Shown here: positions 39,810-50,177 of the stretch, piece after piece
Layout: each line of letters opens with the position of its first letter
Position numbering within the stretch: the stretch's first letter is position 1
From: Candidatus Magasanikbacteria bacterium GW2011_GWA2_37_8
Lineage (GTDB): Bacteria > Patescibacteriota > Patescibacteriia > Magasanikbacterales > GWA2-37-8
Assembly: GCA_000992085.1 (NCBI GenBank)
Contig: LBTN01000012.1
Span: forward strand, 1,498 to 65,497
DNA: 64,000 nucleotides
Direction of reading: 5' to 3'
The notes under the pieces: generated by a model
What the model was told of the DNA's origin: nothing
Seen by the model: only the letters and a program-made list of their open reading frames with translations
Databases searched by the model: none
Translations under genes and position numbers: made by a program

Positions 39810-40502
39810 ATGAAACAAGAAATTAAGTTAGAGAAATTTGAAGGACCGCTAGATTTACTTTTGCAATTAATTGAATTAGAAAAAGTAAATATTAGCGAGG
39901 TGGCTTTGTCGGACGTGACTGAGCAATTTTTAAATTTTTTAGATAAGATGGGTGAAGAGCGTTCGGATGAGTTGGCAGATTTTTTAGTAATTGCTACCAA
40001 ACTAGTTTATTTAAAATCAAAAAACCTATTACCCTATTTATATCCCGAAGAAGACGAAGGGCCAAGCTTGGCCGACCAGCTGAAGATGTATCAACAATAT
40101 GTGGAAGCGAGTAAAAAGATTAATATTTTGTGGGAACAAAATCGAGTGGCCTATGGGCGTGTTGAACCGCCAGTTAAACAAGCAGGTTTTGTTTTGCCAG
40201 CCAATGCTCAGATTACCGATTTGCAGCGTTCGATAGAATATTTGGTTATTCGGTTGCGTCCAGTTAACCCATTACCACAAGTTAATATTGATCATTCTAT
40301 TTCTGTTAAACAAAGGGTAGAATCAATTTTTAATTTGTTAAAAACACACAAGCAGATGAGTTTTGGTAATTTGTTGTCTTCGGTCAGCAACAAAACAGAT
40401 GTAATTGTAAGTTTTTTGGCCTTATTAGAATTAATGCGTGAAGCGAAAGCGGCCGTAAAACAGGGCGATGCATTTGGAGAACTGGAAGTTAGTTTGGTTT
40501 AA
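39810..40502 (+). CDS. scpA: Segregation/condensation protein A
   Basis: FEGPLDLLLQLI, IVSFLALLEL. Confidence 0.95.
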   Translation: MKQEIKLEKFEGPLDLLLQLIELEKVNISEVALSDVTEQFLNFLDKMGEERSDELADFLVIATKLVYLKSKNLLPYLYPEEDEGPSLADQLKMYQQYVEASKKINILWEQNRVAYGRVEPPVKQAGFVLPANAQITDLQRSIEYLVIRLRPVNPLPQVNIDHSISVKQRVESIFNLLKTHKQMSFGNLLSSVSNKTDVIVSFLALLELMREAKAAVKQGDAFGELEVSLV

Positions 40503-40562
40503 ATTGTTAAACTATTAAATTGCTAAATTGTTAGAATTGGTATTTTAGAATAATAATATTTT

Positions 40563-41102
40563 ATGTTAACCTCAAAATTAGAATCAATTTTATTCGTCGC
40601 TTCTAAACCATTGGCGGTAAAGAAGTTGGTTAAGGTTTTAAATATAGATGATAAGGCAGTGGTTGTAGCGCTTGAAGAATTACGGACAAAATATAACCAT
40701 GCAGATTCCGGTATTATCTTATTACAAAATAATGATGAATGGCAAATGGTGTCAAATCCTGATAATCGTGAAGCGGCTGAAAATTTTTTAAAGGCAGAAG
40801 TCTCTGGCGAATTAACCCGACCGCAATTAGAAACTTTAACGGTTGTTTCTTATTGTGGCCCAATAACCAAGCCAGAGTTAGAGCAAATTCGTGGTGTAAA
40901 TTGTAGTTTGATTTTACGCAATCTTATGATGCGTGGGCTTGTGAAAGAAGTGGAAGACCCAGCCAACTTATTGCCTACTTTTGAGGCGACTATGGATTAT
41001 TTGCGTCATTTGGGGTTGAATAGTTTGAGTGAGTTGCCAGATTATGATAAACTGCACCAGCACGAAAATATTGTTAATATGTTAAACTCGTCGCCGGTTT
41101 AA
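40563..41102 (+). CDS. scpB: SMC-Scp complex subunit ScpB
   Basis: LESILF, ETLTVVSY..PITK..LEQIRGVN. Confidence 0.95.
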   Translation: MLTSKLESILFVASKPLAVKKLVKVLNIDDKAVVVALEELRTKYNHADSGIILLQNNDEWQMVSNPDNREAAENFLKAEVSGELTRPQLETLTVVSYCGPITKPELEQIRGVNCSLILRNLMMRGLVKEVEDPANLLPTFEATMDYLRHLGLNSLSELPDYDKLHQHENIVNMLNSSPV

Positions 41103-41137
41103 TTTAAATAAAGGGTAGCGAATGAATTTGATTAATT

Positions 41138-42079
41138 ATGTCAAAAAAATTATTTGATTTTATTTCTTCTTTTGGGATGATGCTGGTCGGCGTTTTTTTA
41201 TTATTCGCGAACACAGTTTCTTTTTCTCCGACTGGTCGACAGTGGTTAAAATTACCAGTGTCTAATCCCCGACAATTGATAGGTGGTGATGCGATCGCCG
41301 AAAATTTGCCGGTTTTGCGTCCTACTGTTCCTTTGCAGAAAAATAAAAATAATTTTGTCGGAGTGTTAACTGCTCAATCGGTTATAGTGGTAGATAACAA
41401 GACAGAAGCAGTTTTGTTCGAGAAAAATAGCGACGCAATTCGACCTCTAGCCAGTGTAACCAAATTGATGAGTGCTTTGGTACTATTAGATTTACCAATA
41501 CAATGGTCTACTACCACAGAAATTTTTGAGACTGATGATGTTGGTAGTAGCCATATTATTAATGCAGGAGAAAAATTTACTGCTGATGATTTATGGCATG
41601 TAGGTTTAATTGGCTCATCTAATAGTGCTATTAATGCCTTGGTAAGAATTAGCGGTTTAACTCCTACTCAATTTGCAGCACGAATGAATCGAAAAGCACG
41701 TGATTTACAATTAACTTCTGCTCATTTTGTAGAGGCTACTGGTTTAGATGCAGATAATATTGCCAGTGTACGTGATGTTGCCAAACTTTTAAAAATTGCT
41801 TTACAAAAAGACAAAATATTACAAACAGTGCAAATTGGTGAATATTATATACATCCTTTAGGTAAAGATAAGCCACGACGAGTATGGAGTACCGATTGGC
41901 TTTTAACTAAGTGGGTTCCGAGTAATTTTACTGTATCTCAGATTGCTGGTAAAACGGGTTTTATTAATGAGTCTGGTTATAATTTTGCGGTACATTTAAG
42001 TGATAATAATGGTCATGCGGTGCGTGTTATAGTTTTTGGTGCGTCTACCAACGAAAATCGTTTTATCTATGAATATTAG
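41138..42079 (+). CDS. D-Ala-D-Ala carboxypeptidase (S11), C-terminus apparently truncated
   Basis: ASVTKLM (SxxK), SSN, KTG; ends abruptly NENRF-IYEY overlapping pgk. Confidence 0.85.
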   Translation: MSKKLFDFISSFGMMLVGVFLLFANTVSFSPTGRQWLKLPVSNPRQLIGGDAIAENLPVLRPTVPLQKNKNNFVGVLTAQSVIVVDNKTEAVLFEKNSDAIRPLASVTKLMSALVLLDLPIQWSTTTEIFETDDVGSSHIINAGEKFTADDLWHVGLIGSSNSAINALVRISGLTPTQFAARMNRKARDLQLTSAHFVEATGLDADNIASVRDVAKLLKIALQKDKILQTVQIGEYYIHPLGKDKPRRVWSTDWLLTKWVPSNFTVSQIAGKTGFINESGYNFAVHLSDNNGHAVRVIVFGASTNENRFIYEY

Positions 42080-43304
42080 AACGATTAAACAAATTAAAAA
42101 TTTAAATAACCAGCGAGTTTTAGTACGGGTAGACTTTAATGTGCCTATTAAGAATGGCAAGGTAATTGATGATAATAGAATTAAATTATCTGTGCCAACG
42201 ATTGAATATTTGCTCAAGAAAAAAGCTAAAGTAATTTTGCTTACACATCTTGGGCGTCCAATCGGATATGACGGAAAAGGTAAAAGCGGTTATGATAATA
42301 GTTTTAGTTTAAAACCAGTAGTAAAAAGAGCTGGCGAATTATTGGGAAGGCCAATAAAATTTATAGCCGACCAAAAAATTGGGAGACCAGATGATCAACA
42401 AATTTATTTTGCTAATGCAAAAAGTGAAATTGAAAAAATGAAGGCAGGCGAAATTGTTATGTTAGAAAACATGAGATTTTTCCCTGAAGAGGCAAAAGAA
42501 ATTAGTAGATTAAGTAAAAAAATTGCTGAATTAGGAGAAGTTGTTGTTTTAGACTGTTTTGCAGTTGCTCATCGGGAAGCAGCTTCAGTATCGGGAGTAA
42601 CCAAATATCTGCCAACTTATGCTGGGTTTTTGTTAGAAAAAGAAATCGTTAATCTAGGTAAGGCAACAGAAGATCCAAAAAAACCTCTAGTGGTTGTATT
42701 GGGTGGCGTAAAGATGGAAACTAAAATTCCAGTTTTAAAGCAGTTGTTATCTAAAGCTGATTATATATTAATAGGAGGAGGATTAGCGAATACATATTTT
42801 TGGGCCAAGGGGTATAAAGTTGGTAATTCGGTAATTGATAAAGGATATAAAAAAGAAGCTCTAAAATTATTTAAAAATAAAAAAGTGATTTTACCAGTTG
42901 ATTTAGTAGTGGGGGATGAAAATGGTTTAAAAATTGAAGTTTTAAAAATTGATTCAAAATTCAAAATTCAAAATTCAAAACTATCAATATATGATATTGG
43001 CCCAGAGACGATTGGTTTGTTTGCAGAATGTCTCAAGCACGCTAAAACCATAATTTGGAATGGGGCGATGGGTTATTTTGAGAAGCACCCATATGAATAT
43101 GGTACTTATGCAGTGGCAAATTTGGTAGCCGATCAATCTAGTGGTAAGACTTTTGGTGTTTGCGGTGGTGGCGAGACGGTAGAAGTGTTAAAAAAGGTAA
43201 ATTTGTTAAATGATATTGATTTGGTTTCGACTGGCGGCGGTGCGATGTTAGAGTTTTTAAGTGGAAAAAAATTACCCGGTGTTCGGGCAGTACAAATTAA
43301 ATAA
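42069..43304 (+). CDS. pgk: Phosphoglycerate kinase
   Basis: RVDFNVP, HLGRP, LENMRF, DIGP, STGGGAMLE. Confidence 0.98.
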   Translation: MNIRTIKQIKNLNNQRVLVRVDFNVPIKNGKVIDDNRIKLSVPTIEYLLKKKAKVILLTHLGRPIGYDGKGKSGYDNSFSLKPVVKRAGELLGRPIKFIADQKIGRPDDQQIYFANAKSEIEKMKAGEIVMLENMRFFPEEAKEISRLSKKIAELGEVVVLDCFAVAHREAASVSGVTKYLPTYAGFLLEKEIVNLGKATEDPKKPLVVVLGGVKMETKIPVLKQLLSKADYILIGGGLANTYFWAKGYKVGNSVIDKGYKKEALKLFKNKKVILPVDLVVGDENGLKIEVLKIDSKFKIQNSKLSIYDIGPETIGLFAECLKHAKTIIWNGAMGYFEKHPYEYGTYAVANLVADQSSGKTFGVCGGGETVEVLKKVNLLNDIDLVSTGGGAMLEFLSGKKLPGVRAVQIK

Positions 43305-43363
43305 TTTAGTTATTATTAATTGAATTAATCAGCATACGCTTATTAATTCGGAGGAAACTATTT

Positions 43364-44227
43364 ATGTCAATACAAAATAGTGCCAAAACCTCGCTCTCTG
43401 CTAAAAAAGAATGTTGCGGAGAAGGTGGTTGCGGTACGGGTTGTAGTTGTAATCATTGTTGGGGCAGTGATTTTGTTAAAAAGCTTGTAATTACCTTGGC
43501 CACGGTGTTTTTGGTTTACATGATATTTTTTGTGGGTACTTTAATGCGTAATAATCTAAAAAAATTCAATTATATTGGCATGGCCGACAAAATGGAAAGA
43601 ACCATTATGGTATCTGGTTATGGTAAAATTTCGGGCAACAACGATATCGCCATGACAACCATTGGTTATTCTAATACAGATAAAGATGTCGCCAAGGCTC
43701 AGGAGAACAATAAAAAAGTAATGGACCAAGTTATGTCCGAATTAAAGAAGATGGGTATTGCGGAGAAAGATCTGCAAAGCAACTATACCATTTATCCAGA
43801 TTATAGTTATACCCCAGATAAAGGCCAAGAGCTAAAAGGTTATCGTGTTTCTAATCAGTTAACTATCAAGATTAGAGATTTAAGTAAAATTACCACTATA
43901 TTAGGTTTGGCTGGAAAGTATGGCGCAACTGAAATTGGTGGTTTAAATTTTACGATTGATGATCCAGAGAATTTAAAATCAGAATCACGTGTCAAAGCTT
44001 TAGCAGATGCTAAAACTAAAGCATTGTTTTTAGCAAATTCTTTAGGCGTGCGTTTGGGCGGGGTAGTATCTTATAACGAATATGAATCAACCGGAGATTT
44101 TTATAATATGAAAGTAATGTCTGCGGCTGAAGGTGGTGGTATGGGGGGTGCTCCAGAAGCCGTAGCTGCCGGCAGTAAAGATGGGGTAATGAATGTAAAT
44201 GTAACTTACGAGATTTTATCACGTTAA
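43364..44227 (+). CDS. SIMPL (DUF541) domain protein with Cys-rich N-terminus
   Basis: TM, VSGYG, GYRVSNQL, ALADAKTKA..LA..LG. Confidence 0.88.
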   Translation: MSIQNSAKTSLSAKKECCGEGGCGTGCSCNHCWGSDFVKKLVITLATVFLVYMIFFVGTLMRNNLKKFNYIGMADKMERTIMVSGYGKISGNNDIAMTTIGYSNTDKDVAKAQENNKKVMDQVMSELKKMGIAEKDLQSNYTIYPDYSYTPDKGQELKGYRVSNQLTIKIRDLSKITTILGLAGKYGATEIGGLNFTIDDPENLKSESRVKALADAKTKALFLANSLGVRLGGVVSYNEYESTGDFYNMKVMSAAEGGGMGGAPEAVAAGSKDGVMNVNVTYEILSR

Positions 44228-44242
44228 TTTATCCAATTTTTA

Positions 44243-44275
44243 GCCCTGCTTCACTAAAGAAGTGGGGCTTTTTTT
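44243..44275 (+). terminator. Terminator after SIMPL gene
   Basis: agccctgcttc...gaagtggggct followed by T-run. Confidence 0.75.
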
Positions 44276-44299
44276 ACTTTTACGGCTGTGATATAATAT

Positions 44300-44385
44300 A
44301 AGGCGTAAGGATTAAGGAGAAAGGAATAAAATAGTTAATTTTATTTTTTCTTAATCCTTAATCCTTATTCTTTATTCCTTAATTT
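44300..44385. repeat. Inverted arrays of AAGGAAT-like heptamers upstream of eno
   Basis: aaggcgt aaggatt aaggaga aaggaat ... aatcctt aatcctt attcttt attcctt. Confidence 0.8.
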
Positions 44386-45633
44386 ATGAAAATCAAAAGA
44401 ATTGTCGGGAGGGAAGTACTAGATTCTCGTGGTAACCCAACTGTAGAAGCCAAGGTTTATTTAGAAAATGGTTTGATAGGAGTAGCTAAAGTGCCATCGG
44501 GTGCGTCTACTGGTAGCCATGAGGCTTTAGAATTACGTGATGGCGGGAAGCGATATGGCGGTAAAGGGGTTTTGCGAGCGGTAAAAAATGTTAACACTGT
44601 AATTGCTAAAGCATTGGTGGGGATGGAAATAACTAAGCCAATAGAAATTGATCAAAAAATGATTAATTTGGATGGCACAAAAAATAAAGCCGTGTTAGGC
44701 GCAAATGCGATTTTGGCAGTATCGTTGGCAGTGGCTCGAGCAGGAGCCCTGGCCATGAATTTACCATTGTATCAATATATTCGTCATATTTATAAAATTC
44801 CAGAAAAAGGTTATCGTTTGCCAGTACTTACTATAAATATCTTAAATGGGGGTCGTCATGCGGATAATGGTTTATCAGTTCAAGAGTTTATGATTATTCC
44901 GCGTCATAAATTATTACGCGAAAGAATTCGAATGGGTTCTCAGATTTTTCACTCTTTGGCAAATTTATTAAGTCAAAAGGGTTATGCTACTAGCGTGGGC
45001 GATGAAGGTGGTTTCGCGCCAGAATTATTAAACAACGAACGTGGGCTTCAATTAATTATTGAGGCAATAAAATTAACCGGTTGGGAACCGGGCAAGAATG
45101 TTTTTTTGGGTTTAGACGTGGCTTCTTCCGAATTTTATCATCATGGTAATTATTATTTTGTTAGCAAAAAACAAGGTTGGCGTCCAGAAAAAATGATTGC
45201 TACCTTGGCTCAGTGGGTAAAAAAATATCCAATTATTTCGATTGAAGACGGGCTAGCCGAAGATGATTGGGATAATTGGAAATTATTAACCAAAGAGCTT
45301 GGTAAAAAAGTTACGCTTGTGGGTGATGATTTGTTTGTTACTAATGTCGAAAGATTAGAACGGGGAGTTAACGAAAAAGTAGCTAATGCAATTTTAATTA
45401 AATTAAATCAGATTGGTACTCTTACCGAAACTATTGCTACTGTTTTGTTGGCGCGAAAATATAATTATGCAATTAGCGTTTCTCATCGCAGTGGCGAAAC
45501 TGCCGATACTTTTATCGCCGACTTATCTGTAGCAGTAAATGCCGAGTTTATTAAAACTGGGTCTATGTCGCGTTCGGAGAGGGTAGAAAAATATAATCGA
45601 TTAATGGAAATAGAAGAGGAAATTGGTGGTTAG
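44386..45633 (+). CDS. eno: Enolase
   Basis: DSRGNPTVE, PSGASTG, GDEGGF, VGDDL, SHRSGET. Confidence 0.99.
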   Translation: MKIKRIVGREVLDSRGNPTVEAKVYLENGLIGVAKVPSGASTGSHEALELRDGGKRYGGKGVLRAVKNVNTVIAKALVGMEITKPIEIDQKMINLDGTKNKAVLGANAILAVSLAVARAGALAMNLPLYQYIRHIYKIPEKGYRLPVLTINILNGGRHADNGLSVQEFMIIPRHKLLRERIRMGSQIFHSLANLLSQKGYATSVGDEGGFAPELLNNERGLQLIIEAIKLTGWEPGKNVFLGLDVASSEFYHHGNYYFVSKKQGWRPEKMIATLAQWVKKYPIISIEDGLAEDDWDNWKLLTKELGKKVTLVGDDLFVTNVERLERGVNEKVANAILIKLNQIGTLTETIATVLLARKYNYAISVSHRSGETADTFIADLSVAVNAEFIKTGSMSRSERVEKYNRLMEIEEEIGG

Positions 45634-45650
45634 TATTACGTAATATTATT

Positions 45651-47207
45651 ATGGTAAATAAAAAGATAAAAACCAAACCAACAGTTTTAATGATTTTAGA
45701 TGGTTTTGGGTTGGGGAATATAAAAAATAAAGGTAACGCCATCACACCGGTAACAGCGCCGAATATTTTTGGTTATTTAAAAAAATGTCCTCATTCTACT
45801 ATAAAAACTTGGGGCCAATATGTTGGGCTTCCGTCTGGCCAACAAGGTAATTCTGAAGCTGGGCATATGAATATTGGTGCTGGCAGAATTGTAAAGCAAG
45901 ATTTGTTGGTTATTTCAGAAGCGATTCATGATGGTACATTTTTTAAAAACGAAGCTTTTAAACAAGCCGTTTTTCATCTTAAAAAGTATAATACAGCCGC
46001 TCATGTGGTAGGACTTCTTACCGATGGTAATAGTGCGCATGCTTTGCCCGAACATATGTATGCAATGTTGGATTTATTGCGTAATGAAGGTATAAAGGAA
46101 GTTTGTTTGCATTTATTTACTGATGGCCGTGACTCTTCTCCTCATGGTGCAACTGGATTTTTGCACGAACTACGAAATCATATGATGGGTAGAGAAAAAA
46201 TTGCTACAATTGCAGGTAGATTTTATGCGATGGATCGTAATAAAATTTGGGATAGAACCAAACAGGCTTATAATGCTATGGTTTTGGGCAAGGGTTGTGT
46301 AGCCAGTAGTGCCGAAGAAGCGTTGGCCCAATCTTATAATCGCGGTGAGACTGATGAATATATTTGTCCTACGGTAATTATCGAAAATAATAAGCCAGTA
46401 GCCACTATTCAAGATAATGATGTGATTTTTTTTACCAACGCCAGAAGTGATCGTGCTAGGCAGATAACCAAGGCGTTTGTGCAAAAAGATTTTAACAAAA
46501 AATCTAGAGCATTTAGACGAGAAAAATTTCCTAGAAATATTCGTTTTGTGGCTATGACAGATTTTGGCCCAGATTTGAATCATATCATGACCGCCTTTCC
46601 ATCAGTAGATTTGCATGGCACTTTGCCTATGGCTTTGCGTGGTAAAAAGCAACTTTATTTAGCCGAATCAGAGAAGTACGCTCATGTTACATACTTTATT
46701 AATGGCGGCTATGCTGATCATGTGGCAGGAGAAATCAGAATGAAAATAGAGTCACCACATATAAAAAGTTATGATAAACAGCCCGCTATGGCGGCCGAAG
46801 CTATTACCGAAGAAGTTTTACGTTATTTAAAAATGAACGTTTTAGATTTTTATTGTATTAATTTTGCCAATGCCGATATGGTTGGTCATACTGGTAATTT
46901 TGAAGCTACAAAAAAGGCAATTAAAATTTTGGATAGTTGTGTGGCCAAGGTAGTGGATATGGTATTAAAAAAGGATGGGCAAATTTTGATTACTGCCGAT
47001 CATGGTAATGCCGATGAAATGGTTGATTTAAAAACTAATGAAATTATAACAGAACATTCGCTTAATCCTGTGCCTTGTATTTTAATCAGCAAAGATCTTT
47101 GTCATATTAAATTAAAAAATGGGATACTGGCTGATATTGCCCCTACACTGTTAAAATTAATGGATGCCAGTAAGCCAAAAGAAATGACAGGTAAATCATT
47201 ATTTTGA
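45651..47207 (+). CDS. gpmI: 2,3-BPG-independent phosphoglycerate mutase, copy 1
   Basis: ILDGFG, GNSEAGH, DGRD, EKYAHVT, NADMVGH, ADHGN. Confidence 0.95.
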   Translation: MVNKKIKTKPTVLMILDGFGLGNIKNKGNAITPVTAPNIFGYLKKCPHSTIKTWGQYVGLPSGQQGNSEAGHMNIGAGRIVKQDLLVISEAIHDGTFFKNEAFKQAVFHLKKYNTAAHVVGLLTDGNSAHALPEHMYAMLDLLRNEGIKEVCLHLFTDGRDSSPHGATGFLHELRNHMMGREKIATIAGRFYAMDRNKIWDRTKQAYNAMVLGKGCVASSAEEALAQSYNRGETDEYICPTVIIENNKPVATIQDNDVIFFTNARSDRARQITKAFVQKDFNKKSRAFRREKFPRNIRFVAMTDFGPDLNHIMTAFPSVDLHGTLPMALRGKKQLYLAESEKYAHVTYFINGGYADHVAGEIRMKIESPHIKSYDKQPAMAAEAITEEVLRYLKMNVLDFYCINFANADMVGHTGNFEATKKAIKILDSCVAKVVDMVLKKDGQILITADHGNADEMVDLKTNEIITEHSLNPVPCILISKDLCHIKLKNGILADIAPTLLKLMDASKPKEMTGKSLF

Positions 47208-47218
47208 AATTAATTATT

Positions 47219-48799
47219 ATGTCTAAATATCGTCCCGTTGTTCTTGTTATTTTAGATGGTTTTGGTATCGCACCAGATTCTGATGGTAATGCAGTTACTC
47301 GTGCTAAAATGCCTAACTATTTAAATTATTTAAAAAATTATCCAGCGATGCCGCTGTATGCTTCGGGCAATGAGGTGGGCCTGATGTTTGGTGAAATGGG
47401 AAATTCTGAAGTAGGGCATCTTAATATTGGTGCTGGTAGAGTTTATTATCAGTCTTGCCCGCGTATTGATCAGGCGATAACAACGGGAGAATTTTTTGAA
47501 AATAAGGCATTATTACAAGCAATCGAGCAAGTTAAAAAGAATAAATCAAAATTACATTTAATTGGTTTAGTAAGCGGCGGACACGTTCATTCTAGTGACA
47601 GCCATTTATTTAGTTTATTAGAATTATGTAAAAGAAATAAATTAAATAACGATGTTTTTGTTCACGCAATTTTAGACGGACGAGATTGTGTTTATGATTC
47701 GGGAAAGGATTTTATTAGTACTTTGTTGCAACAAATGAAAGAAAAAAAAGTTGGTAAACTCGCTTCTTTGGCTGGGCGTTTTTATGCGATGGATCGTGAT
47801 AATCGTTGGGATAGATGCGAAAAGGCTTATCGGGCGATAGCCGAAGGTAAGGCAGAAAATACTACGGACGATCCGTTAAGAGCGATTGAAGAATCATACA
47901 CTAAAAAAGTTTATGATGAAGAATTTACGCCAACAGTTATTACTCAAAATAACAAACCAGTAACTACAGTTAGTGAAGGAGATGCTGTAATATTTTTTAA
48001 TTTTCGTCCTGATCGGGCACGAGAATTAACTAAGGCTTTTATTTTGCCAGGTTTTGATAAATTTGAAAGACATTCTATTAAAAATTTGTTATTTGTAACA
48101 ATGACAGAATATGACAAAGATTTGCCTACTGTTGTGGTTTTTCCTCCGCTAGTAGTACATAATTGTTTGGCAGAAGTAATAAGTAAGGCTAAATTAACCC
48201 AGTTTCATATTGCCGAAACTACAAAATATGCCCATGTTACTTTTTTTCTGAACGGGACAATAGAAAAACCATTTTCTGGTGAAGATCGTAAAATTATTCC
48301 TTCACTTAAAGTTTCTAATTTTGTTGATGCCCCGGAGATGTCGGCATCCGCAATAGCTAAAGAAACCGCAAAAGCGATTGATGGTGGAAAGTATGATTTT
48401 GTTGTAGTTAATTTTGCCAACCCAGATATGGTGGGGCACACAGGCGACATCAAGGCTACAATTAAAGGTTGTGAAGTAACCGACAAAGCTTTGGGTGATG
48501 TAGTAGAGCACACATTAGCTCAAAATGGAGTAGTCGTTTTAACTGCCGATCATGGCAATGCCGAAGAAGTATCGAATTTGCAAACTGGAGATATTGATAA
48601 AGAGCATTCCACTAATCCAGTACCGCTACTTATAATTGGTAAAGATTTTGCTGGTCAAGCTGGCCCAGGCGGCGATGCTCCTGAAGGTGATTTGAGTTTA
48701 CTTAATCCAGTAGGCATGTTGGCAGATGTGGCGCCAACTGTTCTTAAATTATTAGGAGTCGACCAACCACCGGAAATGACCGGAAGACCGTTAGTGTAA
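47219..48799 (+). CDS. gpmI: 2,3-BPG-independent phosphoglycerate mutase, copy 2
   Basis: ILDGFG, GNSEVGH, GRFYAMDRD, NFRPDR, NPDMVGH, ADHGN. Confidence 0.95.
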   Translation: MSKYRPVVLVILDGFGIAPDSDGNAVTRAKMPNYLNYLKNYPAMPLYASGNEVGLMFGEMGNSEVGHLNIGAGRVYYQSCPRIDQAITTGEFFENKALLQAIEQVKKNKSKLHLIGLVSGGHVHSSDSHLFSLLELCKRNKLNNDVFVHAILDGRDCVYDSGKDFISTLLQQMKEKKVGKLASLAGRFYAMDRDNRWDRCEKAYRAIAEGKAENTTDDPLRAIEESYTKKVYDEEFTPTVITQNNKPVTTVSEGDAVIFFNFRPDRARELTKAFILPGFDKFERHSIKNLLFVTMTEYDKDLPTVVVFPPLVVHNCLAEVISKAKLTQFHIAETTKYAHVTFFLNGTIEKPFSGEDRKIIPSLKVSNFVDAPEMSASAIAKETAKAIDGGKYDFVVVNFANPDMVGHTGDIKATIKGCEVTDKALGDVVEHTLAQNGVVVLTADHGNAEEVSNLQTGDIDKEHSTNPVPLLIIGKDFAGQAGPGGDAPEGDLSLLNPVGMLADVAPTVLKLLGVDQPPEMTGRPLV

Positions 48800-48839
48800 T
48801 GTTAAATTATTAGAGATTATTAATAAAAAACTGCGATTA

Positions 48840-49982
48840 TTAAATCGCAGTTTTTTTGATATATTCAACAATCGCTCTTTCTGTTTCTGCTAGTGTTTTA
48901 TCAGTGATGGTGAAAGTTGCTTGTTTTTTATTACCTTCCCCGTGCCATGGTGCCAACAGACTGCGCATATCTTTGCCAGTTTCAGAATACAATGTACCTT
49001 TAACAGCCGGCAGGTTATTTATTTTTGTTTCATATATAAGCAAAATCATTTCTGCCTCGGGAGCAGAATTGATTAATTCAAAAATAATATCTTTTAATTC
49101 GTCTTCGTTAGCTCCAGCGCGGGCGATTTGGTTGCTGTCGATTGTTACCCAAGATAATTTTGCAGTTTGATCGTGGTTGAGATTAGTGAGTGCTTCTCCC
49201 CAAAGCTTTAAAGTACTAAGAGTGCGAGTACGGTATAAATTGTGGACAATTTCTTCTCGCTTAGCGCCTAAATTAATTAATTCGGAAGCGTAATTTAGGG
49301 TATCGGGATTAACATTTGGTGTTTTAAAACTTTGGGTAGCTACAATCATACCAGTTAAAATGGCAGTGGCGATCGGTGTATCAATTAAAGATTTGTTTAA
49401 TTGTTTTAATGTTTTAAGAACAATTTCTGCGGTAGCAGTTGCGGTAATTTCTACTAAATTAATTTGGCCAAAATGTTCGTTGTTTGGCTGATGATCAATG
49501 TTGATAATTGGTGTGCGATAAAATAAGTCGGTGTTATTTAAAAATACCCCACCTAAAGATTCTAAGTCGGAGACACCAAAAGTGATAATTAAATCGTATT
49601 TATAAGTAGATTGGGCAGTGCGTAGCTCATCTTTTGTGATATGACCTTGGCGCGGAGTAAGGTAAATGGACAGCCAGCCATCTTTAACATCATAACTTAA
49701 AGTTTCAACAGGTGCCTTTGAAACATCAACTTTGATAATGAATTTTTGTAAATGAGTTAATACTGGTTGGATTTTTTCTGCTCCAGACAGGAAAGAGAAA
49801 TTTTTAGATAATACAAAATCATCGGCTACAATATCCGCTTGTTTGTGTTGTTTTTCTAAGAATGTTTTACAGGCTAACGCGCTGGCCAAGGCGTCGCCTC
49901 GGTCGCTACGATTAAAGACTAGTAAAACATGTTTGCTTTCAGTAAACAAATGTTGTAGTTGTTGAATTTCGTCTAAAGCCAT
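48840..49982 (-). CDS. DHH-family phosphoesterase-like protein (degenerate motifs)
   Basis: DRGDALAS, INIDHQPNN, TAEI, TGM..AT..F. Confidence 0.75.
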   Translation of the reverse strand: MALDEIQQLQHLFTESKHVLLVFNRSDRGDALASALACKTFLEKQHKQADIVADDFVLSKNFSFLSGAEKIQPVLTHLQKFIIKVDVSKAPVETLSYDVKDGWLSIYLTPRQGHITKDELRTAQSTYKYDLIITFGVSDLESLGGVFLNNTDLFYRTPIINIDHQPNNEHFGQINLVEITATATAEIVLKTLKQLNKSLIDTPIATAILTGMIVATQSFKTPNVNPDTLNYASELINLGAKREEIVHNLYRTRTLSTLKLWGEALTNLNHDQTAKLSWVTIDSNQIARAGANEDELKDIIFELINSAPEAEMILLIYETKINNLPAVKGTLYSETGKDMRSLLAPWHGEGNKKQATFTITDKTLAETERAIVEYIKKTAI

Positions 49983-50177
49983 AGTGGCAAATTTTCGCTA
50001 AAAATACAGGTAACAGGGAAGTATACCTATTATTTTGGTTTCTGTCAACCCCCGAACTGGGGGTAAGTTTTATTGCACTTTTTTGCTAAATCTAGTAAAA
50101 TATTAAGTAATGATATTAAATATTAAAAAGCTAGTTTAAATACCGTTAAATTTTAATTTCAACCTATTTTTTGTTTT

